Of a stretch of 64,000 bases of DNA, positions 17,938 to 27,940 are shown piece after piece; positions within the stretch are counted from its first letter, which is position 1; the number at the start of each line of letters is the position of its first letter. The stretch is from Candidatus Moraniibacteriota bacterium (lineage in GTDB: Bacteria; Patescibacteriota; Minisyncoccia; Moranbacterales; UBA1568). The DNA lies in assembly GCA_016699425.1 (NCBI GenBank), contig CP064975.1:590098-654097 (forward strand). The letters are read 5' to 3'. The position numbers and the translations under genes are program-made. A model generated the notes under the pieces. That model did no database searches, was not told the DNA's origin, and saw only the letters and a program-made list of their open reading frames with translations.

Positions 17938-18888
17938 CTACGTCGTCAAAAGCGACCAAGCCTCGCGTGAATCACGGAGTAAAAGATCCCAGGCCGTGAC
18001 CGAACACACGCCGTCGAGCGCCGCTCGGTCCTCGGTCGTGAGCGTGAGATGCTTCACGTCCTGCGCACCCATGATCGGATACATGATCGAAGCCGGATTC
18101 ACCACATGTGCGATGCCGAGTGCGTGCCCCAGCTCATGGATCAGCACCATGCGGAGGTGTTCGCGGTCGTCGAATTGATAGATGTCGATACCGGTACCCT
18201 CATACACTCCCTGGTCGAATGAGCCCTCGGTGCCATAGGTCGCAGTGAAGTCATTCACCCGCTCATTATAGCGGTCGACCACTTTCTCCCCCTCCTTGGC
18301 ATAGCGGTTCACTTCCGTCACCAGCGCATTCACTCTGTCCCGCTCCTTTTCCAGTGCCGTTTGGTCCTGTCGCAGCCGCTTCTCTTCACTTTGGATACCC
18401 TCGAGCTCATCTTGGTCCGTCCGCGCGCTCCGATTCCAAGCATCGACACGCGCATTGTACCGCCCGAGCCGAGTGTCAAAAGTGGCGGCTGATGCATCGT
18501 ACTTCTGGCGGGCCTTGGCCAGTTCGGCTGAAAACGCATCATATTTCCCCTTGATCGTCGTCTGCTGGGATTGGACTGCTGCCCATTCATGGTCGAGCGC
18601 CTGGCCATCGATCGTCCGCGCCTGCCGCTCGTCAAAGATGAGATTCACCGGAAAGAGCGCCCCGGCTTCATAGCGGAAGAGGTCCCGACCAAGCGCTTCC
18701 TCCCATGGCTGTTCGGCACTGGCAATGGCCTGTCGGAATTCATCCTCCGAGATCCCGAAGCGCGGATCAAACTGGCCCACCGAGTAGGCGAGCGCCTGTT
18801 GGCAAGGCACGCGTGTCGACTCGAACGCGTAGAGCGTCCCGATACCCGCGCCGAGGATGATGATCCAGATGATGATGCGTTTCAGCAT
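17938..18888 (-). CDS. membrane-anchored metzincin (matrixin-like) zinc metalloprotease
   Basis: HELGHALGIAH (HExxHxxGxxH) and a Met-turn (SIMYP); N-terminal TM helix and a long coiled-coil linker. Confidence 0.75.
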   Translation of the reverse strand: MLKRIIIWIIILGAGIGTLYAFESTRVPCQQALAYSVGQFDPRFGISEDEFRQAIASAEQPWEEALGRDLFRYEAGALFPVNLIFDERQARTIDGQALDHEWAAVQSQQTTIKGKYDAFSAELAKARQKYDASAATFDTRLGRYNARVDAWNRSARTDQDELEGIQSEEKRLRQDQTALEKERDRVNALVTEVNRYAKEGEKVVDRYNERVNDFTATYGTEGSFDQGVYEGTGIDIYQFDDREHLRMVLIHELGHALGIAHVVNPASIMYPIMGAQDVKHLTLTTEDRAALDGVCSVTAWDLLLRDSREAWSLLTT

Positions 18889-18995
18889 AGTCCCCTCCAT
18901 GATAGCACTCTGGGCTTTGACAAGCCGGCCAGCGGATTGCTAGTATCGACGGGTTCCCATCCCTTACATTAACAACCCAAACCCAGAGGTACCCC

Positions 18996-19346
18996 ATGGT
19001 AATAGCGCATATCCTGTATGCTCCACCCGAACTGGACGGTCTCCTCGCTGCTGCACTCGTCGGCTGTGTCGCCTGCATCCGTCCAGAGCTAGCTACCCTG
19101 TCCGATGACCCGGCGATTGGTCGGGATGCCGAGTTCGTCTGGTTCGACAACACCGATCTCCTGACCGGCCTCGTTCTTTGCCGAGGAGATGAGATGGCCG
19201 CTCGGCTCGTCCCCTTTCTCCCCATTGGCCGTGCAACCCGAATTCCTCGCGATTGCCTCGAGTGTTCTGAGGAAACCGAAAGTCCCGACATTATTCCGGG
19301 AAGTCAACCAAAACGCCCACCGAGGGCTCGTCCCTCTCATCACTAG
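18996..19346 (+). CDS. hypothetical protein
   Basis: 116-aa ORF with upstream agagg RBS; no recognisable family. Confidence 0.4.
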   Translation: MVIAHILYAPPELDGLLAAALVGCVACIRPELATLSDDPAIGRDAEFVWFDNTDLLTGLVLCRGDEMAARLVPFLPIGRATRIPRDCLECSEETESPDIIPGSQPKRPPRARPSHH

Positions 19347-19355
19347 GAGCACACC

Positions 19356-19652
19356 ATGGCAAAGGAAATCCTGATTATCTCCACTCCGAACGGCCCAGCC
19401 ACACCGGCTTTCCGTCAACCGCTCGTCGGCTGCATAATCGAGATCGATGAAGATGCGATACGATCAGCACTCAATGAAACATCGGGTGGCCGATGCATCA
19501 CAACTGACCAGACCGGTTACCTCGTGATGGTGAGTGCGATCGTCGCTGCCCTCAGAAAAGCCGGTTCGGATGCTGCCGCAACATACTGGAATGGCTTACC
19601 GGCAGGAGTATTCCGCTTCAACCGACAGTTCTGCCAGCCCATCAATGACTGA
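19356..19652 (+). CDS. hypothetical small protein, tandem paralog A
   Basis: 98 aa; aggag RBS; alignable along its length with the next ORF (…P.GPA.PA.R...VGC/I.I.ID…GY.VM…A…YRFN..C..I). Confidence 0.6.
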   Translation: MAKEILIISTPNGPATPAFRQPLVGCIIEIDEDAIRSALNETSGGRCITTDQTGYLVMVSAIVAALRKAGSDAAATYWNGLPAGVFRFNRQFCQPIND

Positions 19653-19663
19653 GGGAGACCAAC

Positions 19664-19954
19664 ATGCCCAAGAAACTTCGCATCACCGCGGTCCCGCCCG
19701 GTCCGGCACCACTCGCCATCCGCAAGCAGTGGGTCGGCATCGATATCCCGATCGACGAAGCTGCTGTGGAGCACGAGCTCCGAACTGACCCCGCCTGGGC
19801 ATACTCCAAAGTCGACGGCTACTATGTCATGGCTCTCGATGCCATTCAGGCGCTCACCGAGGCCGAGCGATTCGCAGCGGCATTCTTTTGGGACGGTATG
19901 CCCGTAACCATGTACCGCTTCAATAAGAATTGCGGCGAGATCATCGAAGCCTGA
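19664..19954 (+). CDS. hypothetical small protein, tandem paralog B
   Basis: 96 aa; gagggag RBS; paralogous to 19356-19652. Confidence 0.6.
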   Translation: MPKKLRITAVPPGPAPLAIRKQWVGIDIPIDEAAVEHELRTDPAWAYSKVDGYYVMALDAIQALTEAERFAAAFFWDGMPVTMYRFNKNCGEIIEA

Positions 19955-19960
19955 ATCCAC

Positions 19961-20010
19961 CTGCGCGCTGCGCAGATTCATCGGACGACCTCTCAAGGCC
20001 GTCCGTTTTC
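19961..20010 (+). terminator. intrinsic terminator
   Basis: ctgcgcgctgcgcag palindrome, then cggacg-acctctcaagg-ccgtccg hairpin and TTTTC. Confidence 0.6.
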
Positions 20011-20114
20011 ATTGACGGTAACCTGGATAACTGGTAGAGTGAGGTGTCCCAAAAGACATTTACCTAGAATCTTAGGTAAGCCGTTATCCCTTAACAATAT
20101 ATTTTGGAGGGCAT

Positions 20115-20633
20115 ATGCCCACGCTCGAACAAGAATCAAACATCGCAGCCGCCATCGCTGATGCTGCGGTCCATGCAAACCGACGACCCAGCCCGCTCAA
20201 GAAAGTGTATCTCCTCATCGCAGGCGGACCCGCGAACCGAGTCGAGATCATCCTCGAGGTCAAACTGGATGCCTATGACAGTTACCGCATGGACTGCCGA
20301 TTTGTCCCAAACTATTCTGTTCGACCGTTTTCAAGGGATACGCTGTACGACCAGTCCCGCCGATCAGAGGAATGGGCCCAACATGCGTGGGCTCGTCGAA
20401 CCAACATGGCGCTCAAGCTCATCGGTGTCAGACTAGAGACACTCGATCTGTCGGAAATCTCAGCCGCTACCGATGGATACCCCCTCGACGTCACCTGTCT
20501 TCCAATAGGCTGGGGCGATGAGAATTCCTGGGTATATCGGCACCTCCTCGAGGATGTACAAGGCAGTCAGGATCCAGGCTTCCTCGTCCGCGCCCGGGAA
20601 CACCGGCTACGGTTCTTTCCTCTACCAGCCTGA
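20115..20633 (+). CDS. hypothetical protein
   Basis: 172 aa; RBS ggaggg 7 nt upstream. Confidence 0.5.
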   Translation: MPTLEQESNIAAAIADAAVHANRRPSPLKKVYLLIAGGPANRVEIILEVKLDAYDSYRMDCRFVPNYSVRPFSRDTLYDQSRRSEEWAQHAWARRTNMALKLIGVRLETLDLSEISAATDGYPLDVTCLPIGWGDENSWVYRHLLEDVQGSQDPGFLVRAREHRLRFFPLPA

Positions 20634-20640
20634 CGCCCCC

Positions 20641-20695
20641 CTGCGCACTGCGCAAAACAAGAGACGACCCCGCAAAGGCCGTCTCACTTTTTTGT
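20641..20695 (+). terminator. intrinsic terminator, same architecture as 19961-20010
   Basis: ctgcgcactgcgcaa palindrome, then gagacg-accccgcaaaggcc-gtctc hairpin and CTTTTTTG. Confidence 0.6.
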
Positions 20696-20709
20696 ATACA
20701 CTATAATCT

Positions 20710-21723
20710 TTACTTTTTTTCTTTCGCTTTCAAGAAACTCAATCGCTTCTTTTTGAGCGCTTCGAGCGTTTGTACAGCTGAATTATCATCCTTGCCCATA
20801 TCGCCCAACCTTCGAAAGGCTCCCTCTCCAAAAGTTCCTTCAACGAGCTTCGCGATAGTCGGGAGCCGCCCACTAAAATGACCTTTGAGAAATTCAAAAT
20901 AAACTTCATTATCCGTACTCCCCTGTTCATCAGCAATCTCCCGACACAGGTAGCGTAGTACTTTCCTCTGCCCAGGATATCCGACCATTTCGTATTCTCC
21001 GGATTCGGAATCAAACCAGGACAAATCATCTTCAACCAATCCGGTACGGGTCAATATTTCTCGCTTCGTCTGCTGGCCGGATTCAGAATCCATTCTCTCT
21101 TTCAGTTCGCGGAATTCTGGACGTCTCAATAAATCGAACGAGAAATAGACCTCTTCCTGGGCGACAACGGCCTCTTCTAAGCCAATCAGATGCGTATGTT
21201 TTTCACCCTCGCGATTCTTCTTATTCGTTGACCCCACAACAAGACCTGATCGAAGCACGTTCTCGTGGATGTCTCCCTCGTGTTGAGACAGCTCTATGAC
21301 GATCTTCCCCTTACAATGCATGATCTCATGAAAGACGAAGGCCGTAAGCCTAAACGTATTCGCCCGATCGATTGCGACTACTCTCTGAGATTCGACATAC
21401 GCCGCTCCACTTCCTCGACCCCGGACCATTTCTCGATAACCCTCCTCCGTAAGTAGAAAGATATTCCGCGGAGGAAAGTCATAAGTCTGCACTCCGCAGA
21501 TTTTCTGCCGCTCTTGAGCCCAGGTATCGGCATGCTCAAATAGCTGTACATTTTTGGGTGATTTCGGAACTTCGTACTGATTGAGTTTTGCTTCTATCTC
21601 CGGCGTCAGATTGAGCCGGTGATCCTCGGTCACCTGCTGCTCATATTCCAGGGCCTTTTTCTCAACCGACTCCGCCGATACTCTTCCCACAAAGGAGATA
21701 TTTGGGAATTTTTCCATGGGCAT
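20710..21723 (-). CDS. hypothetical protein with HExxH motif (putative zinc metallopeptidase)
   Basis: FHEIMH motif. Start moved to MPMEKF to avoid overlap with the epimerase gene. Confidence 0.45.
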   Translation of the reverse strand: MPMEKFPNISFVGRVSAESVEKKALEYEQQVTEDHRLNLTPEIEAKLNQYEVPKSPKNVQLFEHADTWAQERQKICGVQTYDFPPRNIFLLTEEGYREMVRGRGSGAAYVESQRVVAIDRANTFRLTAFVFHEIMHCKGKIVIELSQHEGDIHENVLRSGLVVGSTNKKNREGEKHTHLIGLEEAVVAQEEVYFSFDLLRRPEFRELKERMDSESGQQTKREILTRTGLVEDDLSWFDSESGEYEMVGYPGQRKVLRYLCREIADEQGSTDNEVYFEFLKGHFSGRLPTIAKLVEGTFGEGAFRRLGDMGKDDNSAVQTLEALKKKRLSFLKAKEKK

Positions 21724-21746
21724 ACAGAAGTCTCTTAATAACCAAA

Positions 21747-22799
21747 CTACACTTTGAAATACTCCTTGTACCACTCGACAAAATTCTTGATACCGACTTC
21801 GATGCGGGTCGTCGGCTTCCAACCGAGCTTGCGGAGCCGGCGGATATCCGCGACAGTACTTGGTACATCGCCGGGCTGGATGGGCATCATTTTTTTCTTT
21901 GCTTTCTTCCCCACATTCTCCTCGATCACTTCGATGAAACGGGTGAGCTTTTCTTCTTTGTCACCACCAATATTCATCACCGCGCAGGCGAGGTTGGCGT
22001 CGAGGCAGGTCAAGATGCCCGACACAATGTCGTCGATATAAGTAAAGTTCCGCGTCATCAACCCATAGTTATAGACCTTGATCGGCCGTCCCGCGATGAT
22101 GTCCTGGGTAAAGGTGAAGAGGGCCATGTCTGGCCGGCCCCAGGGACCATAGACCGTGAAGAAGCGCAAACCCGTCGTCGGCATGCCGTGGATATGGCTG
22201 TAGACATGGGCCATGAGTTCGGTCGCTTTCTTCGTCGCAGCATAGGGTGAGATGGGCGTATCGACCGAGTCAGTCTCAGCAAACGGGAGTTTCTTGTTAT
22301 TGCCGTAGACAGATGATGACGAGGCGTAGAGGAAATTCTTCACCCCGTACTTCACCGCCAGGTCGAGGAGATAGGTGGTCCCCATCACGTTCACATCGGC
22401 GTAGAGCGCGGGGTCGCGCAGACTGTTCCGCACCCCCGCCATCGCCGCGAGGTGGACAACTTTGTCGGGCCGTTCTTTCTTGTAAAGTTTCTCCAGAAAT
22501 GCGCGGTCGCGGATATCGCCGCGATAGAGCTTGAACCCGCCCACGGCTCGCTTGTCGCTCGCAATGTTTCGGACAGGCTGTCCCTTGTAATTCTTCAAAA
22601 ATTTCTTGATGCGGTCCTCCTTGATCTGCGGATCATAGTAATCATTGAAATTGTCGATGAGGACTACTGTGTCGCCGCGCTCCATGAGGGCCTTCGCCGT
22701 CGCGCTCCCGATGAAGCCTGCCCCGCCGGTGATGAGAATCTTTATCCCTTCAAACTGCGCTTTCTTCGTCGTTTTCTTCGCTGTCTTTTCAACTGTCAT
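21747..22799 (-). CDS. NAD-dependent epimerase/dehydratase (UDP-glucuronate/UDP-GlcNAc 4-epimerase-like SDR)
   Basis: Rossmann ILITGGAGFIGS; catalytic S…YxxxK (SSSVYG…YAATKKATE). Confidence 0.85.
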   Translation of the reverse strand: MTVEKTAKKTTKKAQFEGIKILITGGAGFIGSATAKALMERGDTVVLIDNFNDYYDPQIKEDRIKKFLKNYKGQPVRNIASDKRAVGGFKLYRGDIRDRAFLEKLYKKERPDKVVHLAAMAGVRNSLRDPALYADVNVMGTTYLLDLAVKYGVKNFLYASSSSVYGNNKKLPFAETDSVDTPISPYAATKKATELMAHVYSHIHGMPTTGLRFFTVYGPWGRPDMALFTFTQDIIAGRPIKVYNYGLMTRNFTYIDDIVSGILTCLDANLACAVMNIGGDKEEKLTRFIEVIEENVGKKAKKKMMPIQPGDVPSTVADIRRLRKLGWKPTTRIEVGIKNFVEWYKEYFKV

Positions 22800-22812
22800 A
22801 CGGTTAAAGAAA

Positions 22813-23604
22813 TTATTTACGGATGAATTCACGAATGCGTTTCACGAGCCCGAGCGGCCCGCCGCGGAGGAGTTCGCGGTACGCGTTTCCGGCAAGCTCC
22901 AACGCTCGCCCGACCGTCGAACCGGGGCGGAAGAACGACTGCTCAAGCGCCTGCCGCTTTTCGAGATACGCGGCCCATTTCGCATCGATGTGGCGCCGCT
23001 CATCATCCGAGAGGATCCCCTTCCGGAGGACGACCGCAAAGCCGTTCCCTATCTTATCATCCGTGTCCTGAAAATCAACCAGCTCCCAGCCCTGGCCGAT
23101 ACTTCGGACGAGTTCGACGATATCCTCGGTTACCCAGTAGTTGCAGTGCCCGGTCTCGGGATCGGGCGTCGCGACCGAAGTCCCAGTATGCCGCGCCTGG
23201 AGGCTCGCCAACGTCGTCCGCTCCCGGCCCCGATCGAACGTCCGCTCCATATGCGGCACGATCATATAGATGTAGCCGTCCGGCCGGACGATGCGGTACC
23301 ACTCGAGGAGCGCAGCAATCGGATCAGCGAAATGCTCGAGCACATGCGACGAGATGATGAAATCAGCCGATGCATCCGGCACCGGAATCCTATCACCCGG
23401 CGCGACGATATCAATCGGTGCCACTTCGCCCGAGATCTGGAGCTCGCGCTTCTTGTAGGTGCTCCGGTTGAATTCGTCGGCGATGTCGACATTCTTCGTA
23501 TCGAGCCCAAAAGGGTTGTGTGCCGAAGCGCCGATCTCGAGGCCAGTGAGCCCGTCGAGATAGCGGTGCGCCAACTTGCTTTCGGGGAAAATACGTTTCA
23601 CCAT
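22813..23604 (-). CDS. class I SAM-dependent methyltransferase
   Basis: Motif I LEIGAS and Methyltransf_11-like core (…FIISSHVLEHF…RIVRPDGYIYMIVP). Confidence 0.75.
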   Translation of the reverse strand: MVKRIFPESKLAHRYLDGLTGLEIGASAHNPFGLDTKNVDIADEFNRSTYKKRELQISGEVAPIDIVAPGDRIPVPDASADFIISSHVLEHFADPIAALLEWYRIVRPDGYIYMIVPHMERTFDRGRERTTLASLQARHTGTSVATPDPETGHCNYWVTEDIVELVRSIGQGWELVDFQDTDDKIGNGFAVVLRKGILSDDERRHIDAKWAAYLEKRQALEQSFFRPGSTVGRALELAGNAYRELLRGGPLGLVKRIREFIRK

Positions 23605-23611
23605 AAGTCCT

Positions 23612-24790
23612 CTATCGCTTTTCCTTCAATACAGAACGCAAGTATGCGTAGTACGTTTCATTCCTTGCATTCGCATTCGTATACTTTTCCAACGCCGTCT
23701 CCCGGGCCGCCTGGCCCAGCCGGACGCGCAGTTCAGAGTCGGTGATGAGGCGGTTCAGCTTCTCCGTCCATTCCTCGGTCGTCGCCGCGACGAAGCCATC
23801 GGTGCCGTCCGTGATCGCCTCACGAAATGTCTGTGTCGCCGCTGCCACGGTCGGCACCCCGACGATCCCCGCTTCAAAAAACTTCAGCTCGGATTTGGAC
23901 TCTGGGTACGGATCACCTATCACCAGAGGTGCGAGATTGATATCGGCTCGGGCGATATTGGCAAAATGCTGACTCCGAGACGCAAACGGGAGCCGTTCAA
24001 TCTGACTTTTCACCGATTCAAATTCCTCGCCCAGCTCTAACATACCAACAATCATCAGCCGCGTCTGGGGATGTGTACTTAGGAGCGAGGTGAGCACCGG
24101 TACGATCGTGGCAAAGTCCTCAGAATGTGTCGGGGACCCGCTGAAGTATGCGAGTCGGATCAGACCATCACCCGGACGCCCGGTGTGGACGAGTTTTTCA
24201 GCGACTGCAACGTCGTGCTGCGAGAGTCGGTTCGGGACGATGATGACGTGCTTCTTTTCTCGGAGTTTTTCAGCGAGGAAACTGGTCGTCGTTGTCGCGA
24301 CCGCAACATACGGGTCATTGAAGAGACCGCCCCCGACCCCGTTCTTGTAGAGTTCTTTCTCCAAAAGATTGAGATCCTGAAAGTACTTCATGTGGAAAAG
24401 ATATTTCGGATCAAAAACCAAATCATCAGTCTCGAAAATGATCGTCTTGTTCCCCTCTTTGAGTCCGGTAATGAATTTTTGAATCGCTGGAACTTCGAGT
24501 ACGCGATGGAAGACAAATACCTGGAATTTGTCCGTATACGTTGGGAGAAAGGGGTTATCTGGAATCGTCACTGCTGTCTTGAAGCCATGCAAGGTGAGCT
24601 CCTCGGCAACGTGCGTGGTCCGATAACGCGCACTGTCCCCCACTCCGCTGGCGATGAACAAGATGTCTCCGGGCTCGACCCGACGAAACTGTGCGAGGAA
24701 TGCACGGAGGATGCGCCGTCCGCCATGAACCAGCCCTTCTCTTCGTAGGGCTCCCCAGGCCTTCCCAATTTTGATGAACAACAGTTTCAT
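23612..24790 (-). CDS. glycosyltransferase (GT-B fold, GT4-like)
   Basis: Two Rossmann-like halves; start set at MKLLFIK, which gives a 4-nt ATGA overlap with the upstream gene. Confidence 0.6.
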   Translation of the reverse strand: MKLLFIKIGKAWGALRREGLVHGGRRILRAFLAQFRRVEPGDILFIASGVGDSARYRTTHVAEELTLHGFKTAVTIPDNPFLPTYTDKFQVFVFHRVLEVPAIQKFITGLKEGNKTIIFETDDLVFDPKYLFHMKYFQDLNLLEKELYKNGVGGGLFNDPYVAVATTTTSFLAEKLREKKHVIIVPNRLSQHDVAVAEKLVHTGRPGDGLIRLAYFSGSPTHSEDFATIVPVLTSLLSTHPQTRLMIVGMLELGEEFESVKSQIERLPFASRSQHFANIARADINLAPLVIGDPYPESKSELKFFEAGIVGVPTVAAATQTFREAITDGTDGFVAATTEEWTEKLNRLITDSELRVRLGQAARETALEKYTNANARNETYYAYLRSVLKEKR

Positions 24791-26004
24791 ATCGAGAGAG
24801 TTTTCCGATACACCCCTTCCAAAATTTCTCCCGCCCGGTCCCAAGAGAATTTCTCTTTAGCCCGCGCCTGATTCGCCACGCCCTTGCGCCGGCGCAATTC
24901 GGGATCACGGAGGAGTCGGAGCACCGCAGCGGCCAGTCCTGAGCCCGAGAGGTCCCGCGCGTACTCACCGCCGTCCGCCAGATACTCACGGTTGTTCTCA
25001 GTATCAAAGCATGCAACCGGCAACCCGGCCCCCATATATTGGAGCATTTTCCCGCTTGCCTGACCCACCCCCTCTTCCTTTGGGTCGATGCCGACATCAC
25101 TCATGGCGAGAATTTCACGCAGTGAGAAATATGGGAGCGGTGTGATTGGCGTCACCCGATCCATCCAATGCTTGCCTTCGAAATACGGCGCGACTTCATT
25201 CCAGGGAAATCCCGCGACCACGACATGCGCCCGCGGATCACCTGCGAGGATCGCTGGGATCGCGTTCACGAAATGCCGGATGCCTTTGTTGGCGACCAGG
25301 GCACCGGTATACGTCACGACCAATGCGTCCTCTGAGATCCCATATTTATGCCGGAGTGCCGCGCGGGGAAACTCGATCGATGCCTCATCATCCGTCCCGA
25401 CACCATCCGGTACCGTGATCGGGGTGCTCTTCTTCCGGAGTGCCGCGATCTCACGCGTATTCCGCCACGAACTGGTCACGGCCTGGTCGCCGAGATCATC
25501 GACGACTCGCTCCACCCACTCAAAGAGGCGGCGGAGCAACCCCGCGCGGAGATACGCATGCGAGACCATTTCCTTCGTCAGACTGCCATGGAAGTCGCCC
25601 ACGAGTTTCATACCTCGCCAGAACAGAACCTTCTGCACGATCCAACCGATGAGGACACCCTCGTGGAGGTGCCCATGCAAGATGTCTGGCCGTGTGGTCC
25701 GCGCGAGGAAGAACACTTTCCGGATCAGCATCAAGTCGAGGACGAGCTTCTGCCAGTCCGGCCCGGCTTCGAGTTTCTGGTACCAAAAAAGGAGTCGACG
25801 GATCCGGCGGACTTCCACCTGGGCCGCCAATGGCTCGGGCAAATCCTGACCGATATGGTAGGTCGCGATCGTGACGGCAAAACCACGTCGGATCAAAGCC
25901 AACGCTTCCTCCAAAATGCGAATATGCGTCCCCCGATCCGAAAAGAACGGAGTCGGCGCGATCATCAGCACTTTCCGTTTTGTCTCCTTGGATGTTTCGG
26001 TCAT
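24787..26004 (-). CDS. glycosyltransferase family 1 (GT4)
   Basis: KVLMIAPTPFFSDRGTHIR N-terminus, GT-B C-terminal domain. Confidence 0.7.
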   Translation of the reverse strand: MTETSKETKRKVLMIAPTPFFSDRGTHIRILEEALALIRRGFAVTIATYHIGQDLPEPLAAQVEVRRIRRLLFWYQKLEAGPDWQKLVLDLMLIRKVFFLARTTRPDILHGHLHEGVLIGWIVQKVLFWRGMKLVGDFHGSLTKEMVSHAYLRAGLLRRLFEWVERVVDDLGDQAVTSSWRNTREIAALRKKSTPITVPDGVGTDDEASIEFPRAALRHKYGISEDALVVTYTGALVANKGIRHFVNAIPAILAGDPRAHVVVAGFPWNEVAPYFEGKHWMDRVTPITPLPYFSLREILAMSDVGIDPKEEGVGQASGKMLQYMGAGLPVACFDTENNREYLADGGEYARDLSGSGLAAAVLRLLRDPELRRRKGVANQARAKEKFSWDRAGEILEGVYRKTLSI

Positions 26005-26062
26005 AGCCCTTTCAGTATACCCTAGGCGCTATTTCGTAGGAAAAAGCTATCAGATACCACGT

Positions 26063-27822
26063 TTACTCGAGAGAATCACACCAGTTGTACCGGTGAAACT
26101 TGTCCTGCGGCATGCCATTTTTCCCTTTCAATACAAAGGTCTCTACATCAGCGCCAGAAAGAATGCTCCCTTCACAAAATACATTATCTTTATCTCTCGC
26201 ATAGCTATAGTAGATGAAATCACCATAGCCTTCATCAGAACTCAGCCCACGTCCCAAAACTCTGAAAGAATCATGGTCTGCACCACCTATTTTTTCCCCA
26301 TTATGATAGATGGATTCCTTATCCTTTCCATATACTCCACTACCCTCTGGTATCAACTGGAATGTAGAGACATCAGCCCCGATCTTTCTTGCTGGATGAT
26401 CAAAGTAGTAGACCGAATTTTTATCTTTGCTGTAACGAGATTTTTGAATTACCGTAAATGACACTGGATCAGCCCCGTCTATCACCTCATTTTCGTAGTA
26501 AACCTTACTACTGTCTTTCGAGTAGGGATATTCGAGCGGAGTAAAACTTTGAGCAGGGTCCCGCGTAAGAAGGTATTCGCGTAAATAGACATTTTCTTTA
26601 TCGCGAGCATACCCATTGTTCAACACTCGAAATGTAGGAGCATCCGCGTATGCTGGAGACTCGGAGAAAGAGTTCGCACGCACACGAACAAGATATGGAG
26701 GTTCATGACCACCAGGAGGAGATTGGTAGTAAATTGCTTCTTGATAAAGGTAGTAATTTTCCCCCAGGCTCTTAGCGCTTGTTGGCAGCTTCCCGCGCTT
26801 AAGGAAAGCAAGGTCCTGTTTCGGGAAAACCTGACCATCTTTGTAGGCTCTATTCTTGTCTTCTCCAAAACTACTGAAGAGTAATTGGACATCCTCGACT
26901 ATATGGAAGGTTTCTGGATCAGCCCCCTCTATTCGCTTGTGAGTGTGGTATACACTGTTCTTATCTTTCGCATACATGTTTGAATGTGGACCGTCGTCGT
27001 TGGCTCCTAAGATCTCAAGCGTAGCTGGGTCAGAACCCTCAATCAGGTGCGTCCCATAGTAAGTGTTCGTCCTATCCCTTGCCCACGCGCCTCTTATGAC
27101 TTCGAAAGTGGTCGGATCTGCGTCTAACACCTGCCTCATTTCATGTGCATCTGAATCAGAAAACCAAGCCTGCAGCAGCACCTTCTTGTCATCGACAAGA
27201 TAGGTCATCACAGGACTGCTCCCCTGGAGAATCCGAAAGCTACTCGCGTCAATATCGGTTAGTCTTTCTGCTTTGTAGAAAGCAAAGTTCTTGTCTTTAG
27301 CATAGAAAACAAAAGGTAAATCAGTTACCCAAAAAGTCTCAGGATCAGCCCCGTCAATCTCTTCGCCGCTAAAGTAAGCATTGTTTTTATCAGCTGCATA
27401 CCCATTTCCCAATATTCGGAATGTTGCAACATCTACCCCCTGAATCTGATACAACTTCCTCGTACTCCCGTCCTTTACATAGCCGTTAACATAAACAGCT
27501 CTATTATCGTGTGCGTACTCATTATTGTAGATTTGGAATGAATTCACGTCAGCATCAGCTATCACGTAAGAATCTAACCAGTAGACAGCCTCTTCATCTT
27601 TGGAAAAGTCTTCGGACAATTCTACTTTCCTATTAATATCATCCCAAGTTTCAACAAGGGATGCACGAGTTGGTGTTGAAACCTCCACTAAACTCGTGCT
27701 TCCAACCTGCTCTACTGCAGGAGATGTTTCTTTCTTTACGCCGCGAGAATACACCATACTTGCCGTGATGACAATCACAAGCGTAAGGAGCGCAACAATG
27801 ATAATTGATCGATAATTCATGT
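26063..27822 (-). CDS. DKNYY-repeat membrane-anchored protein
   Basis: N-terminal TM helix, then at least 10 repeats of (Y/F)xKDKNxVYxxGxxIxGADPxTFxxL. AT-rich relative to flanking genes. Confidence 0.75.
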
Positions 27823-27845
27823 CCCCAGTATACCCTAGGGATATT

Positions 27846-27907
27846 GCAGAGGAAAAAAGAAAAAGCGCCCAGGATCCATTCGGACCCCAGGCACTCAAGA
27901 CCTCGTT
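27846..27907. repeat. 62-bp conserved intergenic element, copy 1
   Basis: aagaaaaagcgcccaggatccattcggaccccaggcactcaagacctcgtttgttttgaaa; near-identical copy at 39508-39569. Confidence 0.8.
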
Positions 27908-27940
27908 TGTTTTGAAATCAAGTCCAGACTCCCTCAATAG

